DNA from: Vicugna vicugna
Lineage: Eukaryota
Reading direction: 5' to 3'
DNA length: 60,000 nucleotides
Assembly (NCBI GenBank): GCA_013265495.1
Contig: MU058252.1
Location: 436,001 to 496,000 of the forward strand
A program made the translations under genes and the position numbers. The notes under the pieces are model-generated. The model ran no database searches, was not told the origin of the DNA, and saw only the letters and a list, made by a program, of their open reading frames with translations. Below are positions 1 through 11,900 of this stretch, in pieces. Each line of letters begins with the position of its first letter. Within the stretch, counting starts at the first letter, position 1.

Positions 1-2561
1 TTGGCTCCCCGACTCCAGCGCAGCTGATGAGCCCTATTCATTCCCGGGCCTGACACTCTCGACCTGCCCTGGCTGATTGCTGGGGGCTGGCCCCAGGAGC
101 GCTGATGAGCCCCAAGGGTCAGCGGCGCTAATTATCCGCTAATTGCGGGTGACTCTGCTCACCTCCCCCGTTCTCAGACACCGAAATAGTGGCTCTTTTT
201 ACCCTCCCCCTCCTTCTGATTCCCAGAAGTAGAGTTGTCAATCTACAGGCAAAAGTCACGGACACTTTTGCTTGATAGTAGCCTCAGGTCAGTGGACAAG
301 AAAGACTCAAGACAGTCAAGTCAACAGAAGAGTGACCGGAGCTTCAGGACATAGAGCAAGACTGGCCAGCTAAATGAGGGTCATCTGGTCACTGGGAAAC
401 TATTATTCGGGTGGGGCCAGGGAGAACCAAGTGAGTTGAAATCAATAGTAGCAAAGCCAGGCAAATTGAGGAAGATGCAGTCTGATTAGCGGAAGTTATT
501 TGGTTCAGGTGAGGAGGAAAACCTACACCAGAGTTTCAGCATGCCAAGCCACGTTAGAGCCATGCAGGGGGACTCTGGATCTCAGTGACCTTTGCTCATA
601 TCAGGCACATTGTGTTGGCCTAGTGAACACCACTAATATCAGACTGATGTGTTAAAAAATCAGCACCCTGAAAGAGATGGTCACCAGAATGGGACAGAAG
701 AGGGTAGGACCCAAGAAGGGAGCTTTCTTTGGTTATTCTTGATTGACAATGCATCGGAGAGGTGAAGATAAAAGAGTGTGGCTTCCATGCAGTCCTAGTT
801 TATCTTGGGCTCTGCATTAAATTCAGCGAAGCTTCTGAGAGACAAGTCTGGTGGGAAGATGTCATCATGGAGAAAGAAGAGGTGCCTTCACTTAGGTCAG
901 GGAACACAAGTTTTCAGTACTAAAGCACTAGGGTAATCTTTGTCCATCCTTCTAAAGGCATTCTTCAGGACGCTTTGTAAAATTAACCAAGCACTTCATG
1001 GTACCAACAGGGAAGACCAGACTTCAAAAGTGTATTGTACTTAAGAAGTGGGAGGTCAGTCCTTGGTGTGATGGCTTTACAGTGTTAGGCCCATAATAGA
1101 GGCTTATTGGCTTGAAAAATTACTGAGGGAACTTTGGGCTCCAATTACTGAAATTAAAGCTGTATGAGCAGTAACCACACCAATCAAATAAGGCATGAAG
1201 GAAGAGCCATTTTTAAAGTGACTGCACTCATTTTATTTTGCATACGTAATAAAATCACCTAGTACCAAATTTCAAAAGCTCAAAAGGATATATATTGAAA
1301 TCTATCCCTCCCACTACTCCCCCCACCCAAGTAAAAGGCCACTTTAATAAACCTGTCACTGGTGAGATAGAATGGATCATGCATTGTCAAGAACTCAAGG
1401 TTAAAGACCCTCTGATCTTGAAGATGTATGTCACCTAGTCCAGACCAAGAGTTTATTGCCCAGATCTATACTCAGTAACATGGAATTCTCTGCTCAAGCT
1501 GGCATAGAGGATATAGACTTAAAACTTGTTGCCAACAAGTCCCAGTGGGCCATCAACTCTGAAATGAGGCAAGTGAGACCTCAGGGATTTTGTAGTACCC
1601 TGGTGTGGTATGTGTTTGTTAGATACTGTATTTTATAATCCATTTTAATCCTTAGTCTGTTCCCTTGCCGTGCTGGGGTTATGAAGTGTGGCTTCCACAT
1701 AGTCCTTGACATTCAGTAGTTAAACTAGGATAAAAACTCTCACATAGTGGCAACTGAAGCAGCCCGTTTCCTTTCCCTGCCCTTTCATGGATCGTGGAAC
1801 TGAGGCTGCATGGTGATGGAAAAGAGCACTGGCTGGAGTAAAAAGACCTGAAGTTAAGTTCCTGTTCTGACCCCTCACTGGGCCATGTGACCTTGGTCCC
1901 TTTTTCACTTAACCTCTCCATCTGTAAGAGAGAGCAATTAATATCTACTCTGCTGGTCAAAAAGCCAGTGCAAGAGACAAGTGAATATGAGGAAATATTC
2001 TTCAAAATGAGTTCTTCCTGCACTAAGTGGACAAAGAAGAGCAGAGTGGTCAATTCTGGAAGTCCCCCAAATTAGTGGCTCTCCAAAAACTGCTTCTTAC
2101 TCTCCCATCAGTACCAAGGACAGAAGCTGTCAAGATCAAATTTGAACAGAGCTGGCTCCTTTCTTTACTAAGAAGAAAACTCTGTAGTTCTACTGAATCC
2201 CTGAACAGGCCCACGTAAGTACGCACCTCATTGTCTAAAATGGAATTCTAAAAGTGCTTTAATTGTTCACGTGCTGACTTGTCTCCTCACTCCACCGGTT
2301 GGGGAAGTGCTCCCACAGAGGGATTTCATTTTGAATCTACCCCCTCTGCTTGTGCCTCTATGGGACCCCACCATCTGGTCTCCCCTTCATGGATTGGAAA
2401 CCAGCACCTAGAAAGAAAGAAGTATTCTTAAATCCAAATATACCTTCGTCTCACTCATTGGCGGGAGTCCTCTTACGGTGGGGAGCGTCGGACCCTGTCC
2501 GCGGGTACCCTCTGGTGACAGCAGTGAGCAACTGCATCATCGCGAGAGAGGTGCGGAGTAC

Positions 2562-2580
2562 TGCAGCGCCCCCTGGCGTT
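2562..2580 (-). promoter_or_regulatory. CTCF motif in a CpG-rich patch (about 2460-2960)
   Basis: Minus strand reads CGCCAGGGGGCGCTGCA, close to the CTCF core consensus. Confidence 0.65.
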
Positions 2581-4179
2581 AGCCCGTAAGGCGCCGAGGG
2601 CAAAGGAATAGGACCAGGTGAGCCGTCCAACCGCGAGCGCGCTGGGTGCTGCAGGGTACTTAACTGTGAGCGCGGGGATTGGCACGGGGATTGTACACGG
2701 GATTCTAAAAGCCCAGTATGTACGCGTGCAGCTTCATGTATGTTTGTTGTATCCAGATACTTGAACCCTGTGTATAGTTGTGTTAAATGTGTGCCGTTTT
2801 GTGTGTACGAACGCGATACATGCGGGTAGGTTGGTGGCGGGGAGGTCCGCGCCTTCAGTGCAGGGCGGAGTCCTCGCGGAGGCGTGAAATTGGTTTGGAG
2901 CAAACACATTACGGAAAGCAATTACCGGGGAGAGGTTCTGGGCCCGCGGGACCCGCAGCCAAGAGGCTGAGGAGGAAGCTCCCTGGCTTGCAAGAGTGTC
3001 TGGATGTGTAACCCCAGAAAGGACCTTCCTGACATCTCCCTGCTAAGGGGAGAACGCGTGAACTTGGGCAGCAGCTCCTCATATTCTCCACTCCACATCG
3101 CCTTTCTTCCCTTACTCCCTCCCTCCTTAAAAAGGCATCCGGCAGGAATCCAAAGCTCTCCAGACATGATCAGAAATTCTTGCCCCTTCTTAGCACTTTT
3201 GGAAAGGCACCCCCTCTTTTGCGACGTCTTCCCAGGCCCCTGCTCCTGTTGTGTGCCTTCCTCCTCATGCCCTCAGCTCCTGTCCCCACGCGTCTTTTGC
3301 ATTCATTTCATTGCCCCTCGTATTTGAACTAGTTATTCACACACTTGTTTCTCAGACCTAGACATAAAATTCACTGAGGGTGGGGGCAGCTCAATCACAG
3401 CTGTCTATCTAGTGCCTAAAACCGGGGACTCTGGAAGGACACAATGAATGATGCAGACGGGATTAAATAGAATTTCCATCAAAATGCAGAAACAGGACTT
3501 TCTTAGGAAAGTCAGCTCCTTGCGAGGCAAGAGTCTCCAGGGACAGAGCCTTAAACATCTTTCACATGCCAGGGATCCCACATTTCTGTCTCCAGACCTG
3601 CCCTCATCCCTGAATTCCAGATTCACAGATCCAAATGACCATGCAACACAGCTTCTTTGAGATGTCTAGTAGGCAGCTCCAACTAAACGTCTCTGGAAAA
3701 CAGACCTTCTGATTCCCTCACCACCTGCCCCTTTCTCATCTTCCCCACCTTCCACCAGCTGTTCAGCCAAAAAAACAGGTGAGGAGTCATCCTGGATTGT
3801 GCTTTCCTTCAGCCCCTCCATGTCTACTCTGTCAACAAGTCCCACTATGTCTCCAAAAAGGGCCCCAAGTCGCACCTACTGCTTTCCCATCTCTGCCCTG
3901 ACTTCTGCAGTAGCCTCCTAACTGGTCTCTTATTCTCTCTCCCGGCCTCCCCCAAGCCACTCAGCCGCCAGAGCCATCGTTCAAAATACAAATACACTGG
4001 AAAGTACACTCTAGTGGGGACCAGAGAGGCAGGCCTTTGTATCGCCAGTGCCCAGGCGACAGGAAGTACTCAAACCCCTGTTGAATAAATGAAGGGACAA
4101 GGGGGCATTCTCCCCAGGACCCTGAGCTGGGACAAGACGGGGCTCCCCAAGGGAGGCCCCAAGCAGTGGGTGGAACTCA

Positions 4180-4720
4180 CGCACTACCATTCTAGCCGAA
4201 ACCGCTTCCTGACCCGTTTCTCTTCGCCTGCGCCGACTTCCCCTGTGAGGTGAGGCCTGTAGGGTCACGCTGGGCCTGGAGCACCTACAGCTGAGCAGCC
4301 AGGCCTCGGTCAGCCCCCACCGCTTGTGGGCCTGGGCTCCAGGCGCGACCCCTCCCGTCAGGCTGTCCCATCCTCGCCCCGCGCCCACACCTGGAAGCCC
4401 CAGACAGGGCGGTCAGCCCAAGGCCGGTGAGGCCAGGTGGGAATCAGAGCCGACTCACCCCAACGCCGCTTCTCTTCCGCCGCGCTCTGGACGCGCTGTG
4501 TCTTCCTGCTCCTGATTTGGTCTCGCCCCTGGCCCCGCCCACGGCCCCGCCCCGTCGCCTCGCACCCTCTCAGCCCCGCCCTTTGCCGCCTCGCTCTCCA
4601 GTTGGTGGGAAAGCGGTGAATTATGGCGCGTGCGCACTCCGAGGACCCTGAGACATCTGTCCAGTGACCCTTGACGTCACGGATCACAGTGCACTGGATT
4701 GGCTGCTCTGTGGCTCCAAG
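4180..4720. promoter_or_regulatory. Orphan CpG-island promoter-like element
   Basis: Several GC boxes 4530-4580, GCGCGTGCGC 4626-4635, CRE TGACGTCA 4672-4679, ATTGG 4698-4702. Confidence 0.6.
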
Positions 4721-5489
4721 CAACTCCACTTCCCTCCTGCGGTTGCAGGCCAGCTCCTGGTAGCTGGGGCCTCCTGCAGGTACTTGAAATCTTGGTACTG
4801 CAAAGACCCTCAGGGAGTCTCTCCTTCTCTCTTGTTTTACCGATGCAGAAGCTTGGGCCCAGAGAAGAGAAGAGACTTAGTTTCACAAGTTAATGGCAGA
4901 GCTAGGACTAAAACCCAGGAGTGTTAACTCCTAGCTCAGCTCCTAATTGAAGGAGCACATACAAGACAGGCAGGAAGCCCGTGTGCATCTGGTGCTCCCT
5001 GACCTGCAGGACAGGCAGTGGGTAGAGTTGTTTTGGTTTTTCTAGACCTGGGTTTTTCACTGTCACCTGGACCATGGTGACAATCCCATGCTTGCTGGCC
5101 TGTGCACCCACCTTCCTGCTGTCTTCCTGACCCTCACGCCTCACTTCCCCATCCCAAGGCTGCCTTTACCGTCCTGCCCCACTGTCTGCACTGCCTCCTG
5201 CAGTGGCTCTGCTCTACCCAAGGCTCTCTGTACCACCACCCACCCCCATCCTCTGGCTGGCTCTCCTTTGGGCCTTTTCTGACGCTGTCTCACCTGGTGG
5301 CTATTCCACCATGTCATGGATCAGAGGGGCAGGCCTGCCTGGGATCCCTCAATAGCTGGTGGATGACAGAGGAGGCAGGTGATACCGCTGGCACCATGGA
5401 GTAGATCCAGAGAGACGCCATAAATCTGCCCATCTTGAGTCCCCTGTGAGCCAACCAGCTCAGAGGAAGGGCTGTTGGAGACAATACTA

Positions 5490-5827
5490 AACAACACAGG
5501 CCTGGAGATGTTTAATGAGCATACAGGGTTTGGACAGGCTGGAGGGGGGCCTCAGGAGACCCCCAAGAGGAGTATATCATTTGTCATGAGTCCTAGCTCT
5601 CTCTCCATCAGATGTCACCTTGCCACATGGTCTATCCGCCACCCTCCCTGGTGGGAATGACAGCATCCACATCTGCCTGTGGAGCTGGATCTCCTGCTGA
5701 GAGGGTCACCTGGGTCCAGATTTGTTCAACTCAGTCCTGAGTTCCAGGCGCTATGAGAAGTGGGCTGGCATCTGCTAGGGGCTGGAGCATTTGCTTTCAG
5801 TCTCTCTCTCAGAAGGCCAGTGGACAT
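5490..5827 (-). other. ASB10: ASB10 non-coding terminal exon (3' UTR)
   Basis: Donor GTGAGT directly after the TAA (5977); acceptor ctctccttccag| at 5828; ATTAAA at 5516-5511. The 3' end is approximate. Confidence 0.7.
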
Positions 5828-5977
5828 CTGGAAGGAGAGGTGTGGATTCAGAGAGGTCCAGTGGTCTGGAAGTTTGGGTGGTTCTGTCCAGGGCCCTGTC
5901 CCCAACCCTTCTCTTGCCTCCAACCCATCTCCCCCACCCCTAAATGGCTGGAACTGTCCATAGAACCCAAGACTCAC

Positions 5978-8900
5978 TTAGTAGAGCACATCCTCGAAAT
6001 CCAGCTGCAGGTAGCGGAGCAGGCGGGGTGGCAGGGGCAGGCGGGGCAGGGCCTGGGGCAGGCAGGCCGCCAGGTGAGCACGGAGGGCGCAGCGGCTCAG
6101 ATGCTGCAGTGATCTGGGCTGCCTCACCAAGGCGAAGAGGGAGGAGTAGAAATGATGGTGCTTCTGGGGGCAGAACAAGCGGCTCAGAGGCAGCCTTGGA
6201 CAAGTGGTACCTACTTCTCCTAAAGAGGGGAGGCTGGTGGCCGGTGGGTGTCTACAGGAACTTCTTAGAAGTAGGGAGTATTCGGGGTGTTCATTCTGTG
6301 AGTATTCTGAGTAGCTTCTTTTATTTTTTTTTTTAACATTTTCTTCTGGCCTCCTGCTGGACCAGCTTGCATGCCCCCACATTTTTATTTTTATTTTATT
6401 ATTTCTTTTTGCAGGGGGAGGTAATTAGGTTTACTTTTTTATTTTTTTGATGCAGGAACTGGGGATTGAACCTAGGATCTCGTGAATACTAGGCATGCGC
6501 TCTACCACTGAGCTATACCCTCTCCCCTGAGTAGCATATGTGGGGCTGAGTGGGGTGACCCACAGGGCTTCCCTTTAGGAGATGGAAGTCTCTTGGGGTA
6601 AGCTGAGTGATTGTGTGTTCAGGGTCCTAGGATCTGACCTGCAGAGTTTCAGGAGGCACCAGGCCCATGGCCTCCTCAGGAAGCTGCATGACACTGTAGG
6701 TGTTCATCAGGACTTCAATGGTCCGCGGGGACATGCACCAGCGCTCCAGCACCTGCAGGAGGCAGAGATGCATCATGGCTCCCTGGGTTACTGCACACTG
6801 CTGGTCCCCATCAGTCCACGCAGGGTGACCAGACAGCGAAGGAACAGCTGTCATGGGTTGAATTGTGTCCTCCAAAAGATACATTGAATCTTAGACCCAG
6901 TACCTATAAATGTGACCTATTTAGAAATAGGGTCTTTGTAGATGTAATCAAGTTAAAGATGAGGTCATTGGGGTGGGGCCTAATCCAATATGATTGCTAT
7001 TTTTTTTAATGGCAGTACTAGGGGGTACTAGGAGGATTGAACCCAGGACCTCGTGCACGCTAAACATGTGCTCGCCCACTGAGCTATATCCCTACCCCTG
7101 ACCACTGTCTTTATAAAAGAAAACAAACACACAGACACACAGGGAGAACGTCACGTGACGACGGAGGCAGAGATTGCAGTGGCGCATCTACAAGCCAGGG
7201 ACTGTGGACAACCACCCGAAGCTAGGAGACAGACCAGGGACAGATTCTCCCTCAGGGCCTCCGGAAGGAGCCAACCCTGCGTACACTTGGATTTCAAATT
7301 TCCAGCCTCCAGAACTGTAAGGGAATGCATTTCTATTGCTTTAAGCCACCCAGCTTGTGGTATTTTGTTGTGGATGTGCGTGAAACCAACAACAGCCCAC
7401 ATTTCTATTGTGCGTAATTTATGCCAGATGTTTTCTTAGTAATTCACATGTGTTAACTCTTTTAATCCTTATCCCTACAAGGTATGGGCTGTTATTAACC
7501 CCATTTTACAGACAAGGGAAGCTGAGGCATAGAGAAGTGAAGTAACTTGCCCGAGTTGTAGTTTCAGCAATCCAAGCCTGGCAGTGTGGCTCTTTGCCCT
7601 TAACTACCACGCCGTCCTGCTCGCCTGTCTGCCTCTACAAGGCTCTCTGCTGGGTCTTCCCGGATGGGAATGGGGTCCCTGACCTGTGCGGTTGGAGCTC
7701 CTGAGCAGATAAAAGGATCAATGACTGTATAAGGCAGCATCTGCCTGATGCCCGGTGAGGGGTGGAGACTGGGGAGGAGGGCTGGGTGGTTGGGAAGGAA
7801 TTCACAGAGAGGCAGGCTTGGGCTCTGAAGGTGAGGAGAAGGGACAAAGCCAGCAGAGGCCTGACATTGGAGCTGACATGGGATCAAGTTGGAGGCAGAC
7901 TCATTCTTTCATTTCTTCATTCAGCAGATATTTACTGAGGGTCACTATAGGCCAAGCAATGGGGACCCAGCAGTGAGGAGGAGAGACAGGTCCTTGTCAG
8001 CTGGGAGTTTCTCTTTCAGAAGGAAAACACAGCGAACACGTAAGTAACCACTTATGGACATCCTGCTGCAAAGGAAAAAGGCAGGCTCAGGGGCTAAGCG
8101 TGGTTGGGAGGGCACTGTCCTAGATAGGTGGTGCCTCCTGGAGGAAATGGCCTGTGCCAGGAGGGGCAAGCCATGCCGGGGGAGCAGCCTGTGCCGGGGC
8201 ACCATCCACATGGTCAGAAAGGCAGCCACGCACACCTCGGCCACACACAGGCACCATCATACCCTCCTATGCCTGCACGTAGTACCTAGAAGCAGATTCG
8301 TGCTTCAGCCACTCCATTCTTGCTGTATTCCTCTGCATTGCCCCCACCCCTGCCACACGCACTCTTTCATGTAACATTAGGGGCTCTAACACCCTTGCCT
8401 ACAAGAAGAGGAGGTCCTTCTGCCTGGCAGGCTGGGAATCCTACACGTGCTGGGGAGTGGGAGCAGGTGGGAGGCCTTGTCCAGGGAACACGGCCCTTGG
8501 AGAAAGCATCTCGTACACCCGAGGCCCTCTGCTTCTAGCCCTGCGTCAGGGCAGTGCTTACGGGAGCTGTCCCCACCCACCTGCCAGGAGCCGACCTCTC
8601 TGCCTCACTCCAGGCTGGTTACATGGGACTTTCCTGCTCTTCTCTGCTACTTCTGCCTGCCATTCAGGCCGTCTCTCTGCCCTTCTCAGCTCACATGGAT
8701 TCCTGTCTCTGCACTCTGCCTGGAATGCCTGAGCCTTCCTCCTCCATCTCTCCAAGCCCTGCCCATCTCAGGCCCCATTCCCTCCAGGAAGCTTCCTGCA
8801 GCTGTTCTAACCTGCATCACTCTCTCCCTCATCTCATGATACCCTGCACTGAGATGGTGCCCAACTGCTTTCCCAGTGCCTTCATATACATCATCTAACT

Positions 8901-11900
8901 TCAGAGCAATACTGGCCAACAGGTATTAAGCAGTGACTCTAAGTTAGACCTTGTCCAAAGAGCTTTATGTGGATGACTTGTTTGTTCTCATGCTAACCCA
9001 GGCATACTGTTACATCCCTATTTTAAAGATGAGGAAACTGAGGCCCAGAGAGGTCAAGCAACCTGCTGAGGGTCACACAGGTAGTGTTCCTGGCCCCAGA
9101 GCCTGCATTCTTTGTTACCACCTACCTGCCAGGTTGTTGGGAGGACTGAGGGAACCCAAGCAGCAGGTAACACACCTTAGATCAGTGTCTGGTGTGTGAT
9201 CAGGGCTGGGCGTATTTCTACTGTTCCCACTCTGTTCCTGTGGCTTTTCATCACCTTTGGGTCAAGACTGTATCACACTCAAGGAACATAGGTTCAAAGA
9301 ATTCCAGTGACTTGCTTAGAGTCACACATACAAGCATTAAAACCAGACCCTGGCTCCAGGTCTTCTGAGTGCCCAGTCAAGTATGGTGGCTCCTGGAGCA
9401 CTGGCTGGGGCTGTGCAAGCTGCCTTGCAGGGAGGAGTTCCTCACTGGGAGACAGGCACCCCAGCCAAGCCTGAAACCCTGCAGGTGGTGGAAGACAGAT
9501 GCTGGCTTTTTGTTTACCTGGGATGTCGTGGAGCCTAGATGAAGGGACGAATGGGGCGCACTTTGTTGTGCTGGCCTCTTTGTCCCCAGGGCAGTGCAGA
9601 ACAGGGCTGGAGGGGCGGGCACTGGGGTCCCAGGAAATCTGTTTGCTGCTCCACTTCCTCCTCCCACCCACTCCCCGAAGGGGAAATCATTAGCTGTCAA
9701 AGCCACCGTCAGATTACAGGGAATTGCTCGTCTCCTAATTATCTGGTGTTAATAGGAGATTAATTAGTGTTAATTGTTGATTTTCTTGTATTTTCCCAAA
9801 GGGGAGACCAATCTGCCGAACTCTCGGGCTCTTTAATTATTTGGTCTTGCTTAGGAATCCAGACAGATGCTTCTAGGTTTATGAGTGAAGGGGAGAGATG
9901 GGGACAGCAGGGGACCATCCAGGGCCGAGCAGGGCTGCATGGTTCAAGCCTGGAGGCAGGGCAGGGGACCTGCCCAAAGCCTGGTATTCTATACCCATCC
10001 TGACCCAGCTCTTCAGAGAAGTGGGGTCCCCACCCCAGTGCCAGTGCCCTCCGTGATATTATATAGCCCCCTCCAGACACAGCAAAGTATGGACAGGGTC
10101 CCCTGCCAGGGACCCCTGCCAGGGCATCAGCAACACAGGTCTTCTAGTTGAACCCACCTCAGGGATATTAACGTAACAAAAGATACAGACTGGAAATTGA
10201 CAGTGAAAGGCGTTTTCTTTGGTGCCAGGATAGCAGCTGCTGGCCTGAGTGGTGCATGCTCTGCTACGCTCTTGGAAACAAGGACTACGTCCATCTGCCG
10301 ATAGTCAGGAGGCCTTGAATTTCGAGACCCAGGCTCATCGCTCTGCCCTGAAGGAGTGTCTCCTGTGCCTGGAGTGTCTCACTGAATGGGCTCCACAGCC
10401 AAGGGGAGCTTCCTAAAAGTGTCTTTCCTCATCAGCTCTCTCTCCTGGTGAAGAAACGCCTCCCTGCCACCCGCCTCAGGCCTGGCTCCTCCTGCCTTTT
10501 CAGATCCTTTATAATCTGGCCCACCTGCCCACACTCTGCCTTCCTCACACATGCACGTTCATACACACGCGCAAACAGGTGTGCACGCACGTGCACCCAG
10601 CGTATGCTCAGGGGCACACACGCGTGCACACGCACGTACGCCCCTCCTGCTGGGTGTGCCTCGCTCTTGCCCCACTGGGCTTTGCTTACTTGGTAAGTGC
10701 AAGGCAAAGTACTGACCTACGTATCCATGTTTCAAGTTGCATCCAGAGCACGCTGGAGCACAGGCCTGGGTCTCCCTAGGCCCTCACTTTCATGGCCCTC
10801 CCTCTGGCCCCAGCCCCGTACCTTGGGGAGAGCCCCAGGCCAGACTCGGACAGCACCATGGTTGAGCAGAGCTCGCACTGTGTGCTCTGGGCTCTGGGCC
10901 AGGGCTGCGGCTGGGCCCTGCAGCGCACAGTGCAGGGCTGTGTGTCCCCCATAGTCCATGGCGTTGGCGCTGACCCCGCAGGACAGGAGCAGCTCCACAA
11001 CGGCTGCGTGGCCACGGCGACAGGCCAGATGCAGGGGCCGCTGCCTGTCCTGGTCAGCAGCATCGGCGTCGGCTCCAGCTGAGAGCAGCAAGCGGCACAG
11101 CTGGAAGCAGCGGGCGGTGGTGGCCTTGGCATCGGCAGGGGACGTGCAGCGGACGTCACAGGCGGCCAGCAGTGGGGTCCAGCCTTCAGCATTGCGGGCA
11201 TCAGGGCATGCCCCCCGTCTTAGAAGTAGGTCTGCCAGCTCCACGTGGCCCAGCCGGGCAGCCACATGCAAAGGGGTTTCCTCTTCCTCCTCAGAACGAC
11301 CATCCACTTTGGCTCCAAACCTCAGGAGCAGCTCTGCACACCTAGTAAGGATGAGATGGCCGTGGGGAGGAAAACGGGGCACAGACCCTCACCCCTGCAT
11401 TCCTGCCAGTCTGAGCAAAGCCAACCTGGGGAGGCTCTTGAGGGGCTCCTGGTGCTGTCTGCCCCTCACCTTCCATCCTGTGTGCCACTAGTCATCCCAG
11501 CAACATTCTGCAGCATCAACAGTGCCCTCTTTCAAGTCCACATACTCTCTGCAGGAGTAGTGCCCTAAACCCTAGGTGGGGGTTAAAGTCACCAGCAGCC
11601 GTTATGCAGTTAGAACAGACGCCTTCTGCGGGCGTCACGAGTGCCAACTCATTTCATCCTCATGTGTTCCTATGGCAGGTTCAGAAGAGGAAACCGATTC
11701 GCTGAGGGTGGGAGGAACTTGGCATGTTCACACAGCTAGTAAGGGAGCAGCTGGCTTTTGGGTCCAGGGGGCAGCAGGGCAGACGGAGGGCTCTGTCTGC
11801 TGGGATAGGAGGAGGAGGTGGGGAGGGGAGCCTGGAAGTGGGCACAAATGGAAATTGAGGCAGTAGGAGAAAGAACAACAAAACCAAAATTGATTAGCCA

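Noticed and set aside
6450..6527. tRNA gene
   Set aside because: A/B boxes belong to SINE heads with A-rich tails; no full cloverleaf.
10094..10124. Short duplication/hairpin GGGTCCCCTGCCAGGGACCCCTGCCAGGG
   Set aside because: Too short; plausible by slippage in GC-rich intron.
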